Assembly: GCA_032718475.1 (NCBI GenBank)
Contig: JAUCBJ010001322.1
Span: 1 to 41,711, forward strand
Direction of reading: 5' to 3'
Length of the DNA: 41,711 nt
DNA from: Nemertoderma westbladi
Lineage: Eukaryota; Animalia; Xenacoelomorpha
Under the pieces are notes generated by a model. The model made no database searches. It was not told where the DNA came from and saw only the letters and a list, made by a program, of their open reading frames with translations. How positions within the stretch are numbered: the stretch's first letter is position 1; each line of letters starts with the position of its first letter. Shown in pieces: positions 9,490 to 21,800 of the stretch. A program made the translations under genes and the position numbers.

Positions 9490-10025
9490 AATTTAAGAAA
9501 TTCCATCAAAAATATTTTATTTTACTTTTTCTGCCAGGAAAAAAAGTAAAACTAATGCAATCATATTGATTACATTTTTCCCTTGGGGAAAAAGTACTAC
9601 TTTTTTCCCGATTTTGAGGTATATGGTAGCGAAAAAAGTAATAATTTAAGAAGAAAAATACTTTCTTTTTGTAAAAGATGTTGTTTTCTTTAAAATATTC
9701 ACTTTAAATCATAAGTTTAACGTAACAAAGTTATCGCCAATTTGAGGTCAATTCCGCAATTTTGTGTAATTAATTAATACTAACTACTATATTCTAGCTA
9801 GCTACACTTTGTGAAATGAAATTCCCAAATAATCAAACGAAACATTTGATTAAACTACTGGAGCAAAAGAATTTACAACTAAATATTTAATGCAAAATGT
9901 ATAAATAATTACCCGCCGCGTATATATAATTAATAATATAAATAATTTCTGATCTAGAATAAATAATGCGAAATCATCATAATAAACTTCTAGATCATTG
10001 ATTGGATAATAATTTAATAATAATT

Positions 10026-10158
10026 TATTACATGGGAAAAAAAGTAGAACTTTTTTCTCATTATTCTCGAGGCATTTTATTTACCGAGCGTCAGCGAGGT
10101 TAATAAAGGGTCGAGAGAATATTGAAACAAAATGTTATGCGTTTTTTTTCATGTAATA
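10026..10158. mobile_element. Palindromic non-autonomous element, copy B
   Basis: Terminal inverted repeat tattacatg/catgtaata, the same internal arms as copy A, and a central ccgagcgtcagcgagg. Confidence 0.75.
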
Positions 10159-10259
10159 CGTAATTTTATTCTCAAATTTACGGAGCCCCTAAGAGGAGAT
10201 GAAATCCTCGTTTTTTTATCATTCTTAGTATAGATGTCCGACAACTCAATATATTGATG

Positions 10260-12621
10260 TGCGCCAGAGTAGATAAGGGTGATGGGTCTCATATCTGACT
10301 CCACTGCGACACCCACCCTGTGGAATGGCAAACCAGGGTGTGGTATTTGCCCCGAGAGCTGACTCGGCAAAAAAGCACCCCCCAACCCCCACTATGGATT
10401 ACATTAGTAATGCGGAGGTCCGTCCAGCCACTAGAGGCCAGTGGAATTACCGGACACAATTGGCCTCACAGGCGTCAGTTATCTCCTGACCGGCTGCCTG
10501 TCTCACCCCCTACTGGAGAGAGAGCGGCAAACAATTCTTTGAGTCCCTTTCCTGATGACCTTTCTGGCCCAAACCCTGGGTCACCAGGGAGGCCAGATTG
10601 TGACGGGGAGAGGGATTCTGGAGTTGGAGGCTACTCTCATGTTCCACCCCGACCAAAAAAGCCATTGGTGAATCTGAGACAAGTCACTAGACTAGACTCA
10701 GTTAACTCTCTAACACTCGGGTCCCCAATGCGACAAGGTGAGCTGACTGGCTTGGCAGATAAGCTTTCTCTTAGGCAGTGGGTATTCAAGAGCACCGAAT
10801 GCAGACTGGACAGACTGATGGGGTTCTGATTAGGACATCTGGGTGGTTGGCGACTCGCCCCAGCATCAGCAGATGATAGTGGCAATGGTGGAATTGGTCT
10901 ATTGATGAATCGAACTTACTGTCTTATCTTACTGGGCGGAAAAGCCAAAAAACCACCAAGGTTAAGGCAGAATCACCAGCCGATCGCCTCCATATGGTTG
11001 GAAGGCCCACTTTGAAAAGCTCCTCAATAATGACAGGGTATTGCCCGATAACTTTATAGAAGTAAAAGTGTCAGAGTCTGTGTACTCCCAGATATTACCA
11101 TTGGCGATATCTTGCGATTTGCAGAAGGGAAGGCTGTTGCAAAGAGCATTAAGACCAATCGTGCCAGTGGAGTAGATGGTGTTCCCCCTGAGGTCTTTAA
11201 AATACCTGAGTGTTTAAAGCTCATCTATCCCATCATAGTAGACATATACAGAACAACAAGAACCCCACAAGAAATTAAAACAAATAAGTTGGTGCCAGTT
11301 CCCAAGAAGGGCAACCTAACACTCTATGGTTCTTTTCGGGGAATCTCATTGATCTCGATTGCTGCAAAGCTATACAATAGAATTCTATTAAATCGCATCA
11401 GGGATCCCATTGAGAGACTGCTCCGTGGAAAGCAGAATGGGTTCCGTAAAGGTCGTGGGACCGTGGAGCCCAATTTGGCACTTAGAAGGATAATTGAAGA
11501 TTTATCAAAAAAGATAGACATCTGGCTGTTATGTAGACTTCTTCAAGGCCTTTGATTCAGTCTCTCGCTCACGTATGTTCAGCATACTTTCATTATATGG
11601 GATTCCTGATGAAATTATTGCTGCAATCAGATCAGTATACGATGGTTCGACAACATTTGTGTCTACTGTTGACGATGACACAGAACCATTTGAAGTGTTA
11701 TGGGGCGTCCTCCAAGGAGACACACTTGCGCCATTATTGTTCATAATTGTGGTTGACTATGTTCTACGCATGTCCTTAGATCATCATAATGATGATGGGG
11801 TGATGATAACTCCACCTACTGGTTCCAGAAGTCGAGTAAATCCTGCCAAGTACCTAACTGATCTAGACTTTGCTGATGACTTAGTCTTGGTCTTTTTATT
11901 AACTCCAAAAAGACCAAAATTTTGACAGTTAACTTCGAAAGTCCTCAGCAAGTCTCTGACCGGATGAGCATAAGCTCAAAGGATGGTATGCTTGAGCATG
12001 TTGACGACTTATGTTACCTGGGATCATGAATCCGGAAGTCAGGTGAGGACCTTCGAATACGTAAGGGAAAGGCATGGGCAGCCTTGAATGGGCTTTCCAG
12101 GATTTGGAAGTCACAGAGAATTAATCGGAAACTTAAGGTCCGATTATTTAGAGCAGCAGTAGTTACAGTACTCCTCTATGGGAGTCCATGCCGGGCTCTA
12201 ACTGCGGAGGAAACCAAATCTCTGGATGGCACATTCACAAGAATGCTACGCCGGGTTAATTGTGTCAAGTACAATGCACACATCTCCAACCAGACACTAT
12301 ATAACATTGGAGGTGTCTCTTTGGTTCCCCCACGATTGATAATATAACAAAGTCGCCTCCGCTTTGCAGGACATTGCTTTCGCCGTGAGGACCAGCCAGT
12401 GCATAATCTTGTGCTTTGGCAGCATCATGGAGTGAATAAGCATGGTGGACAGCCCATGATTTTCTTGAGACGCATCTTAAAGACACTGGCCTTGAAGATG
12501 CGGATGATCTAGCAAATGGCATGGGTGATAGGGAGTTGTGGCGGCGCAATTTTGTCGACAAGCCGGCACAGCATTCTTAAAAATGCAGCTGCAATGCAGC
12601 ATGCCGATCCTAGTAGTAGTA
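10260..12621 (+). mobile_element. RTE-clade LINE, decayed, internally deleted (5' boundary approximate)
   Basis: A GC-richer putative 5' UTR is followed by the APE N-terminus, an RT domain, a C-terminal region and a short tagtagtagta microsatellite tail at ~12609-12621, which is typical of RTE 3' ends. Confidence 0.8.
10660..12580 (+). pseudogene. Frameshifted APE-RT ORF of the RTE-type LINE
   Basis: Motifs seen across frames: VGIQEHR and GNGGIG (APE start), WKAHFEKLLN, ASGVDGVPPE, PKKGNL, FRGISL, QNGFRKGR, VDFFKAFDS, GVLQGDTLAPLLF, LDFADDL and KLKVRLFRAAVVTVLLYGS. Multiple frameshifts and stops. Confidence 0.92.
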
Positions 12622-12843
12622 TAATTAACATGCTTTCCTGTTACAAGGTTGTTCTAGAAAGTTTAGGTACATAATTACCATTACTACCATTACATACACA
12701 TAGACACCCACATACGTTATGTGTACGCACCTATATTCTAGAACGTACCTTAAGTGCGCCTGTAATTCAAGATGCAGGGAAGAGGAGGTTACAGCGGCGC
12801 AGTATTCTAATCAAAACAATAAGAAACAGTCAAAAAAATACGT

Positions 12844-15800
12844 GGTAAATCTGCTAAGAACCTACAGTAAGGAACGCCTTAGTTCATCTGTGACAAAGAA
12901 CCCGGTAAATCTGCTAAGAACCTACAGTAAGGAACGCCTTAGTTCATCTGTGACTAAGAACCCACAGTAAGGAACGCCTTAGTTCATCTGTGACTAAGAA
13001 CCCACAGTAAGGAACGCCTTAGTTCATCTGTGACTAAGAACCCACAGTAAGGAACGCCTTAGTTCATCTGTGACTAAGAACCCACAGTAAGGAACGCCAT
13101 AGTTTATCTGTGACTAAGAACCCACAGTAAGGAACGCCTTAGTTCATCTGTAACTAAGAAACCACAGTAAGGAACGCCTTAGTTCATCTGTGACTAAGAA
13201 CCCACAGTAAGGAACGCCTTAGTTCATCTGTGACTAAGAACCCACAGTAAGGAACGCCATAGTTTATCTGTGACTAAGAACCCACAGTAAGGAACGCCTT
13301 AGTTCATCTGTGACTAAGAACCCACAGTAAGGAACGCCTTAGTTCATATGTGACAAAGAACCCACAGTAAGGAACGCCACACATTAAGGAACGCCATAGT
13401 TTATCTGTGACTAAGAACCCACAGTAAGGAACGCTATAGTTTATCTGTGACTAAGAACCCACAGTAAGGAACGCCTTAGTTCATCTGTGACTAAGAACCC
13501 ACAGTAAGGAACGCCATATTTTATCTTCGACTAAGAACCCACAGTAAGGAACGCCTTAGTTCATATGTGACAAAGAACCCACAGTAAGGAACGCCATAGT
13601 TCATATGTGACTAAGAACCCACAGTAAGGAACGCCTTAGTTCATCTGTGACTAAGAACCCACAGTAAGGAACGCCTTAGTTCATATGTGACTAAGAACCC
13701 ACAGTAAGGAACGCCTTAGTTCATCTGTGACTAAGAACCCACAGTAAGGAACGCCTTAGTTCATCTGTGACTAAGAACCCACAGTAAGGAACGCCATAGT
13801 TCATATGTGACTAAGAACCCACAGTAAGGAACGCCTTAGTTCATCTGTGACTAAGAACCCACAGTAAGGAACGCCTTAGTTCATCTGTGACTAAGAACCC
13901 ACAGTAAGGAACGCAATAGTTTATCTGTGACTAAGAACCCACAGTAAGGAACGCCATAGTTCATATGTGACTAAGAACCCACAGTAAGGAACGCCTTAGT
14001 TCATCTGTGACTAAGAACCCACAGTAAGGAACGCAATAGTTCATCTGTGACTAAGAACCCACAGTAAGGAACGCAATAGTTCATCTGTGACTAAGAACCC
14101 ACAGTAAGGAACGCCTTAGTTCATATGTGACAAAGAACCCACAGTAAGGAACGCAATAGTTCATCTGTGACTAAGAACCCACAGTAAGGAACGCAATAGT
14201 TCATCTGTGACTAAGAACCCACAGTAAGGAACGCAATAGTTCATCTGTGACTAAGAACCCACAGTAAGGAACGCAATAGTTCATCTGTGACTAAGAACCC
14301 ACAGTAAGGAACGCAATAGTTCATCTGTGACTAAGAACCCACAGTAAGGAACGCAATAGTTCATCTGTGACTAAGAACCCACAGTAAGGAACGCAATAGT
14401 TCATCTGTGACTAAGAACCCACAGTAAGGAACGCCATAGTTCATATGTGACTAAGAACCCACAGTAAGGAACGCCTTAGTTCATCTGTGACTAAGAACCC
14501 ACAGTAAGGAACGCAATAGTTCATCTGTGACTAAGAACCCACAGTAAGGAACGCAATAGTTCATCTGTGACTAAGAACCCACAGTAAGGAACGCCTTAGT
14601 TCATATGTGACAAAGAACCCACAGTAAGGAACGCCTTAGTTCATATGTGACAAAGAACCCACAGTAAGGAACGCCTTAGTTCATCTGCGACTAAGAACCC
14701 ACAGTAAGGAACGCAATAGTTCATCTGTGACTAAGAACCCACAGTAAGGAACGCCTTAGTTCATATGTGACAAAGAACCCACAGTAAGGAACGCCTTAGT
14801 TCATATGTGACAAAGAACCCACAGTAAGGAACGCCTTAGTTCATCTGCGACTAAGAACCCACAGTAAGGAACGCAATAGTTCATCTGTGACTAAGAACCC
14901 ACAGTAAGGAACGCCTTAGTTCATATGTGACAAAGAACCCACAGTAAGGAACGCCTTAGTTCATATGTGACTAAGAACCCACAGTAAGGAACGCAATAGT
15001 TCATATGTGACTAAGAACCCACAGTAAGGAACGCCATAGTTCATCTGTGACAAAGAACCCACAGTAAGGAACGCAATAGTTCATCTGTGACAAAGAACCC
15101 ACAGTAAGGAACGCCATAGTTCATATGTGACTAAGAACCCACAGTAAGGAACGCCATAGTTCATCTGTGACAAAGAACCCACAGTAAGGAACGCAATAGT
15201 TCATCTGTGACAAAGAACCCACAGTAAGGAACGCCATAGTTCATATGTGACTAAGAACCCACAGTAAGGAACGCCATAGTTCATCTGTGACAAAGAACCC
15301 ACAGTAAGGAACGCCATAGTTCATATGTGACTAAGAACCCACAGTAAGGAACGCCATAGTTCATCTGTGACAAAGAACCCACAGTAAGGAACGCCTTAGT
15401 TCATATGTGACAAAGAACCCACAGTAAGGAACGCAATAGTTCATCTGTGACAAAGAACCCACAGTAAGGAACGCCATAGTTCATATGTGACTAAGAACCC
15501 ACAGTAAGGAACGCCTTAGTTCATATGTGACAAAGAACCCACAGTAAGGAACGCAATAGTTCATCTGTGACAAAGAACCCACAGTAAGGAACGCCATAGT
15601 TCATATGTGACTAAGAACCCACAGTAAGGAACGCCTTAGTTCATATGTGACAAAGAACCCACAGTAAGGAACGCAATAGTTCATCTGTGACAAAGAACCC
15701 ACAGTAAGGAACGCCATAGTTCATATGTGACTAAGAACCCACAGTAAGGAACGCCATAGTTCATCTGTGACAAAGAACCCACAGTAAGGAACGCAATAGT

Positions 15801-18800
15801 TCATCTGTGACAAAGAACCCACAGTAAGGAACGCCATAGTTCATATGTGACTAAGAACCCACAGTAAGGAACGCCTTAGTTCATATGTGACAAAGAACCC
15901 ACAGTAAGGAACGCAATAGTTCATCTGTGACAAAGAACCCACAGTAAGGAACGCCATAGTTCATATGTGACTAAGAACCCACAGTAAGGAACGCCATAGT
16001 TCATCTGTGACAAAGAACCCACAGTAAGGAACGCAATAGTTCATCTGTGACAAAGAACCCACAGTAAGGAACGCCTTAGTTCATATGTGACAAAGAACCC
16101 ACAGTAAGGAACGCCTTAGTTCATATGTGACAAAGAACCCACAGTAAGGAACGCCATAGTTCATATGTGACTAAGAACCCACAGTAAGGAACGCCTTAGT
16201 TCATATGTGACAAAGAACCCACAGTAAGGAACGCAATAGTTCATCTGTGACAAAGAACCCACAGTAAGGAACGCCATAGTTCATATGTGACTAAGAACCC
16301 ACAGTAAGGAACGCCATAGTTCATCTGTGACAAAGAACCCACAGTAAGGAACGCAATAGTTCATCTGTGACAAAGAACCCACAGTAAGGAACGCCTTAGT
16401 TCATATGTGACAAAGAACCCACAGTAAGGAACGCCTTAGTTCATATGTGACAAAGAACCCACAGTAAGGAACGCCATAGTTTATCTGTGACTAAGAACCC
16501 ACAGTAAGGAACGCCTTAGTTCATATGTGACAAAGAACCCACAGTAAGGAACGCCTTAGTTCATCTGCGACTAAGAACCCACAGTAAGGAACGCAATAGT
16601 TCATCTGTGACTAAGAACCCACAGTAAGGAACGCCTTAGTTCATCTGTGACTAAGAACCCACAGTAAGGAACGCAATAGTTCATCTGTGACTAAGAACCC
16701 ACAGTAAGGAACGCAATAGTTCATCTGTGACTAAGAACCCACAGTAAGGAACGCCTTAGTTCATATGTGACAAAGAACCCACAGTAAGGAACGCCATAGT
16801 TTATCTGTGACGAAGAACCCACAGTAAGGAACGCCTTAGTTCATATGTGACAAAGAACCCACAGTAAGGAACGCCTTAGTTCATCTGCGACTAAGAACCC
16901 ACAGTAAGGAACGCAATAGTTCATCTGTGACTAAGAACCCACAGTAAGGAACGCCTTAGTTCATCTGTGACTAAGAACCCACAGTAAGGAACGCAATAGT
17001 TCATCTGTGACTAAGAACCCACAGTAAGGAACGCCTTAGTTCATATGTGACTAAGAACCCACAGTAAGGAACGCCTTAGTTCATCTGTGACTAAGAACCC
17101 ACAGTAAGGAACGCCTTAGTTCATATGTGACAAAGAACCCACAGTAAGGAACGCCTTAGTTCATCTGCGACTAAGAACCCACAGTAAGGAACGCAATAGT
17201 TCATCTGTGACTAAGAACCCACAGTAAGGAACGCCTTAGTTCATATGTGACAAAGAACCCACAGTAAGGAACGCCTTAGTTCATCTGTGACTAAGAACCC
17301 ACAGTAAGGAACGCAATAGTTCATCTGTGACTAAGAACCCACAGTAAGGAACGCAATAGTTCATCTGTGACTAAGAACCCACAGTAAGGAACGCAATAGT
17401 TCATCTGCGACTAAGAACCCACAGTAAGGAACGCCATAGTTCATATGTGACTAAGAACCCACAGTAAGGAACGCCTTAGTTCATATGTGACAAAGAACCC
17501 ACAGTAAGGAACGCCTTAGTTCATCTGTGACTAAGAACCCACAGTAAGGAACGCAATAGTTCATCTGCGACTAAGAACCCACAGTAAGGAACGCAATAGT
17601 TCATCTGTGACTAAGAACCCACAGTAAGGAACGCCTTAGTTCATATGTGACAAAGAACCCACAGTAAGGAACGCCTTAGTTCATCTGTGACTAAGAACCC
17701 ACAGTAAGGAACGCAATAGTTCATCTGCGACTAAGAACCCACAGTAAGGAACGCAATAGTTCATCTGCGACTAAGAACCCACAGTAAGGAACGCAATAGT
17801 TCATCTGTGACTAAGAACCCACAGTAAGGAACGCCTTAGTTCATATGTGACAAAGAACCCACAGTAAGGAACGCCTTAGTTCATCTGTGACTAAGAACCC
17901 ACAGTAAGGAACGCAATAGTTCATCTGTGACTAAGAACCCACAGTAAGGAACGCAATAGTTCATCTGTGACTAAGAACCCACAGTAAGGAACGCAATAGT
18001 TTATCTGTGACTAAGAACCCACAGTAAGGAACGCCTTAGTTCATCTGTGACTAAGAACCCACAGTAAGGAACGCCTTAGTTCATATGTGACAAAGAACCC
18101 ACAGTAAGGAACGCCTTAGTTCATCTGTGACTAAGAACCCACAGTAAGGAACGCCTTAGTTCATATGTGACTAAGAACCCACAGTAAGGAACGCCTTAGT
18201 TCATCTGTGACTAAGAACCCACAGTAAGGAACGCCTTAGTTCATATGTGACAAAGAACCCACAGTAAGGAACGCCTTAGTTCATCTGCGACTAAGAACCC
18301 ACAGTAAGGAACGCAATAGTTCATCTGTGACTAAGAACCCACAGTAAGGAACGCCTTAGTTCATATGTGACAAAGAACCCACAGTAAGGAACGCCTTAGT
18401 TCATCTGTGACTAAGAACCCACAGTAAGGAACGCAATAGTTCATCTGTGACTAAGAACCCACAGTAAGGAACGCCTTAGTTCATATGTGACAAAGAACCC
18501 ACAGTAAGGAACGCTATAGTTCATCTGTGACAAAGAACCCACAGTAAGGAACGCCTTAGTTCATATGTGACAAAGAACCCACAGTAAGGAACGCAATAGT
18601 TCATATGTGACAAAGAACCCACAGTAAGGAACGCAATAGTTCATCTGTGACTAAGAACCCACAGTAAGGAACGCAATAGTTCATCTGTGACTAAGAACCC
18701 ACAGTAAGGAACGCCTTAGTTCATATGTGACAAAGAACCCACAGTAAGGAACGCCTTAGTTCATCTGTGACTAAGAACCCACAGTAAGGAACGCCTTAGT

Positions 18801-21800
18801 TCATCTGTGACTAAGAACCCACAGTAAGGAACGCAATAGTTCATCTGTGACTAAGAACCCACAGTAAGGAACGCCTTAGTTCATATGTGACTAAGAACCC
18901 ACAGTAAGGAACGCCTTAGTTCATCTGTGACTAAGAACCCACAGTAAGGAACGCCTTAGTTCATATGTGACAAAGAACCCACAGTAAGGAACGCCTTAGT
19001 TCATCTGCGACTAAGAACCCACAGTAAGGAACGCAATAGTTCATCTGTGACTAAGAACCCACAGTAAGGAACGCCTTAGTTCATATGTGACAAAGAACCC
19101 ACAGTAAGGAACGCCTTAGTTCATCTGTGACTAAGAACCCACAGTAAGGAACGCCTTAGTTCATCTGTGACTAAGAACCCACAGTAAGGAACGCCTTAGT
19201 TCATCTGTGACTAAGAACCCACAGTAAGGAACGCAATAGTTCATCTGTGACTAAGAACCCACAGTAAGGAACGCCATAGTTCATCTGTGACTAAGAACCC
19301 ACAGTAAGGAACGCCATAGTTCATATGTGACAAAGAACCCACAGTAAGGAACGCCATAGTTCATATGTGACAAAGAACCCACAGTAAGGAACGCCATAGT
19401 TCATATGTGACTAAGAACCCACAGTAAGGAACGCCTTAGTTCATCTGTGACTAAGAACCCACAGTAAGGAACGCCTTAGTTCATCTGCGACTAAGAACCC
19501 ACAGTAAGGAACGCCATAGTTCATATGTGACAAAGAACCCACAGTAAGGAACGCCTTAGTTCATATGTGACAAAGAACCCACAGTAAGGAACGTCATAGT
19601 TCATCTGTGACTAAGAACCCACAGTAAGGAACGCCATAGTTTATCTGTGACAAAGAACCCACAGTAAGGAACGCCATAATTCATCTGTGACTAAGAACCC
19701 ACAGTAAGGAACGCCATAGTTCATATGTGACAAAGAACCCACAGTAAGGAACGCCTTAGTTCATATGTGACAAAGAACCCACAGTAAGGAACGTCATAGT
19801 TCATCTGTGACTAAGAACCCACAGTAAGGAACGCCATAGTTTATCTGTGACAAAGAACCCACAGTAAGGAACGCCATAATTCATCTGTGACTAAGAACCC
19901 ACAGTAAGGAACGCCATAGTTTATCTGTGACAAAGAACCCACAGTAAGGAACGCCATAATTCATCTGTGACTAAGAACCCACAGTAAGGAACGCCATAAT
20001 TCATCTGTGACTAAGAACCCACAGTAAGGAACGCCATAGTTTATCTGTGACAAAGAACCCACAGTAAGGAACGCCATAATTCATCTGTGACTAAGAACCC
20101 ACAGTAAGGAACGTCATAGTTCATCTGTGACTAAGAACCCACAGTAAGGAACGCAATAGTTCATATGTGACAAAGAACCCACAGTAAGGAACGCAATAGT
20201 TTATCTGTGACTAAGAACCCACAGTAAGGAACGCAATAGTTTATCTGTGACTAAGAACCCACAGTAAGGAACGCCATAGTTTATCTGTGACTAAGAACCC
20301 ACAGTAAGGAACGCAATAGTTTATCTGTGACTAAGAACCCACAGTAAGGAACGCCATAGTTCATATGTGACAAAGAACCCACAGTAAGGAACGCCATAGT
20401 TTATCTGTGACTAAGAACCCACAGTAAGGAACGCAATAGTTTATCTGTGACTAAGAACCCACAGTAAGGAACGCCATAGTTTATCTGTGACTAAGAACCC
20501 ACAGTAAGGAACGCCATAGTTTATCTGTGACAAAGAACCCACAGTAAGGAACGCCATAATTCATCTGTGACTAAGAACCCACAGTAAGGAACGCCATAAT
20601 TCATCTGTGACTAAGAACCCACAGTAAGGAACGCCATAGTTTATCTGTGACAAAGAACCCACAGTAAGGAACGCCATAATTCATCTGTGACTAAGAACCC
20701 ACAGTAAGGAACGCCATAATTCATCTGTGACTAAGAACCCACAGTAAGGAACGCCATAGTTTATCTGTGACAAAGAACCCACAGTAAGGAACGCCATAAT
20801 TCATCTGTGACTAAGAACCCACAGTAAGGAACGCCATAGTTTATCTGTGACTAAGAACCCACAGTAAGGAACGCCATAGTTTATCTGTGACAAAGAACCC
20901 ACAGTAAGGAACGCCATAATTCATCTGTGACTAAGAACCCACAGTAAGGAACGCCATAATTCATCTGTGACTAAGAACCCACAGTAAGGAACGCCATAGT
21001 TCATCTGTGACTAAGAACCCACAGTAAGGAACGCCATAATTCATCTGTGACTAAGAACCCACAGTAAGGAACGCCATAATTCATCTGTGACTAAGAACCC
21101 ACAGTAAGGAACGCCATAGTTCATATGTGACAAAGAACCCACAGTAAGGAACGCAATAGTTTATCTGTGACTAAGAACCCACAGTAAGGAACGCCATAGT
21201 TCATATGTGACAAAGAACCCACAGTAAGGAACGCCTTAGTTCATATGTGACAAAGAACCCACAGTAAGGAACGCCTTAGTTCATCTGCGACTAAGAACCC
21301 ACAGTAAGGAACGCAATAGTTCATATGTGACAAAGAACCCACAGTAAGGAACGCAATAGTTTATCTGTGACTAAGAACCCACAGTAAGGAACGCAATAGT
21401 TTATCTGTGACTAAGAACCCACAGTAAGGAACGCTATAGTTTATCTGTGACTAAGAACCCACAGTAAGGAACGCAATAGTTTATCTGTGACTAAGAACCC
21501 ACAGTAAGGAACGCCTTAGTTCATATGTGACAAAGAACCCACAGTAAGGAACGCAATAGTTTATCTGTGACTAAGAACCCACAGTAAGGAACGCAATAGT
21601 TCATCTGCGACTAAGAACCCACAGTAAGGAACGCCATAGTTCATATGTGACAAAGAACCCACAGTAAGGAACGCCTTAGTTCATCTGTGACTAAGAACCC
21701 ACAGTAAGGAACGCCTTAGTTCATATGTGACAAAGAACCCACAGTAAGGAACGCAATAGTTTATCTGTGACTAAGAACCCACAGTAAGGAACGCCATAGT

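Noticed and set aside
10544-10615. Hammerhead at cCTGATGAc in the RTE 5' region
   Set aside because: There is no correctly placed GAAA or stem III; the region reads as a simple long hairpin.
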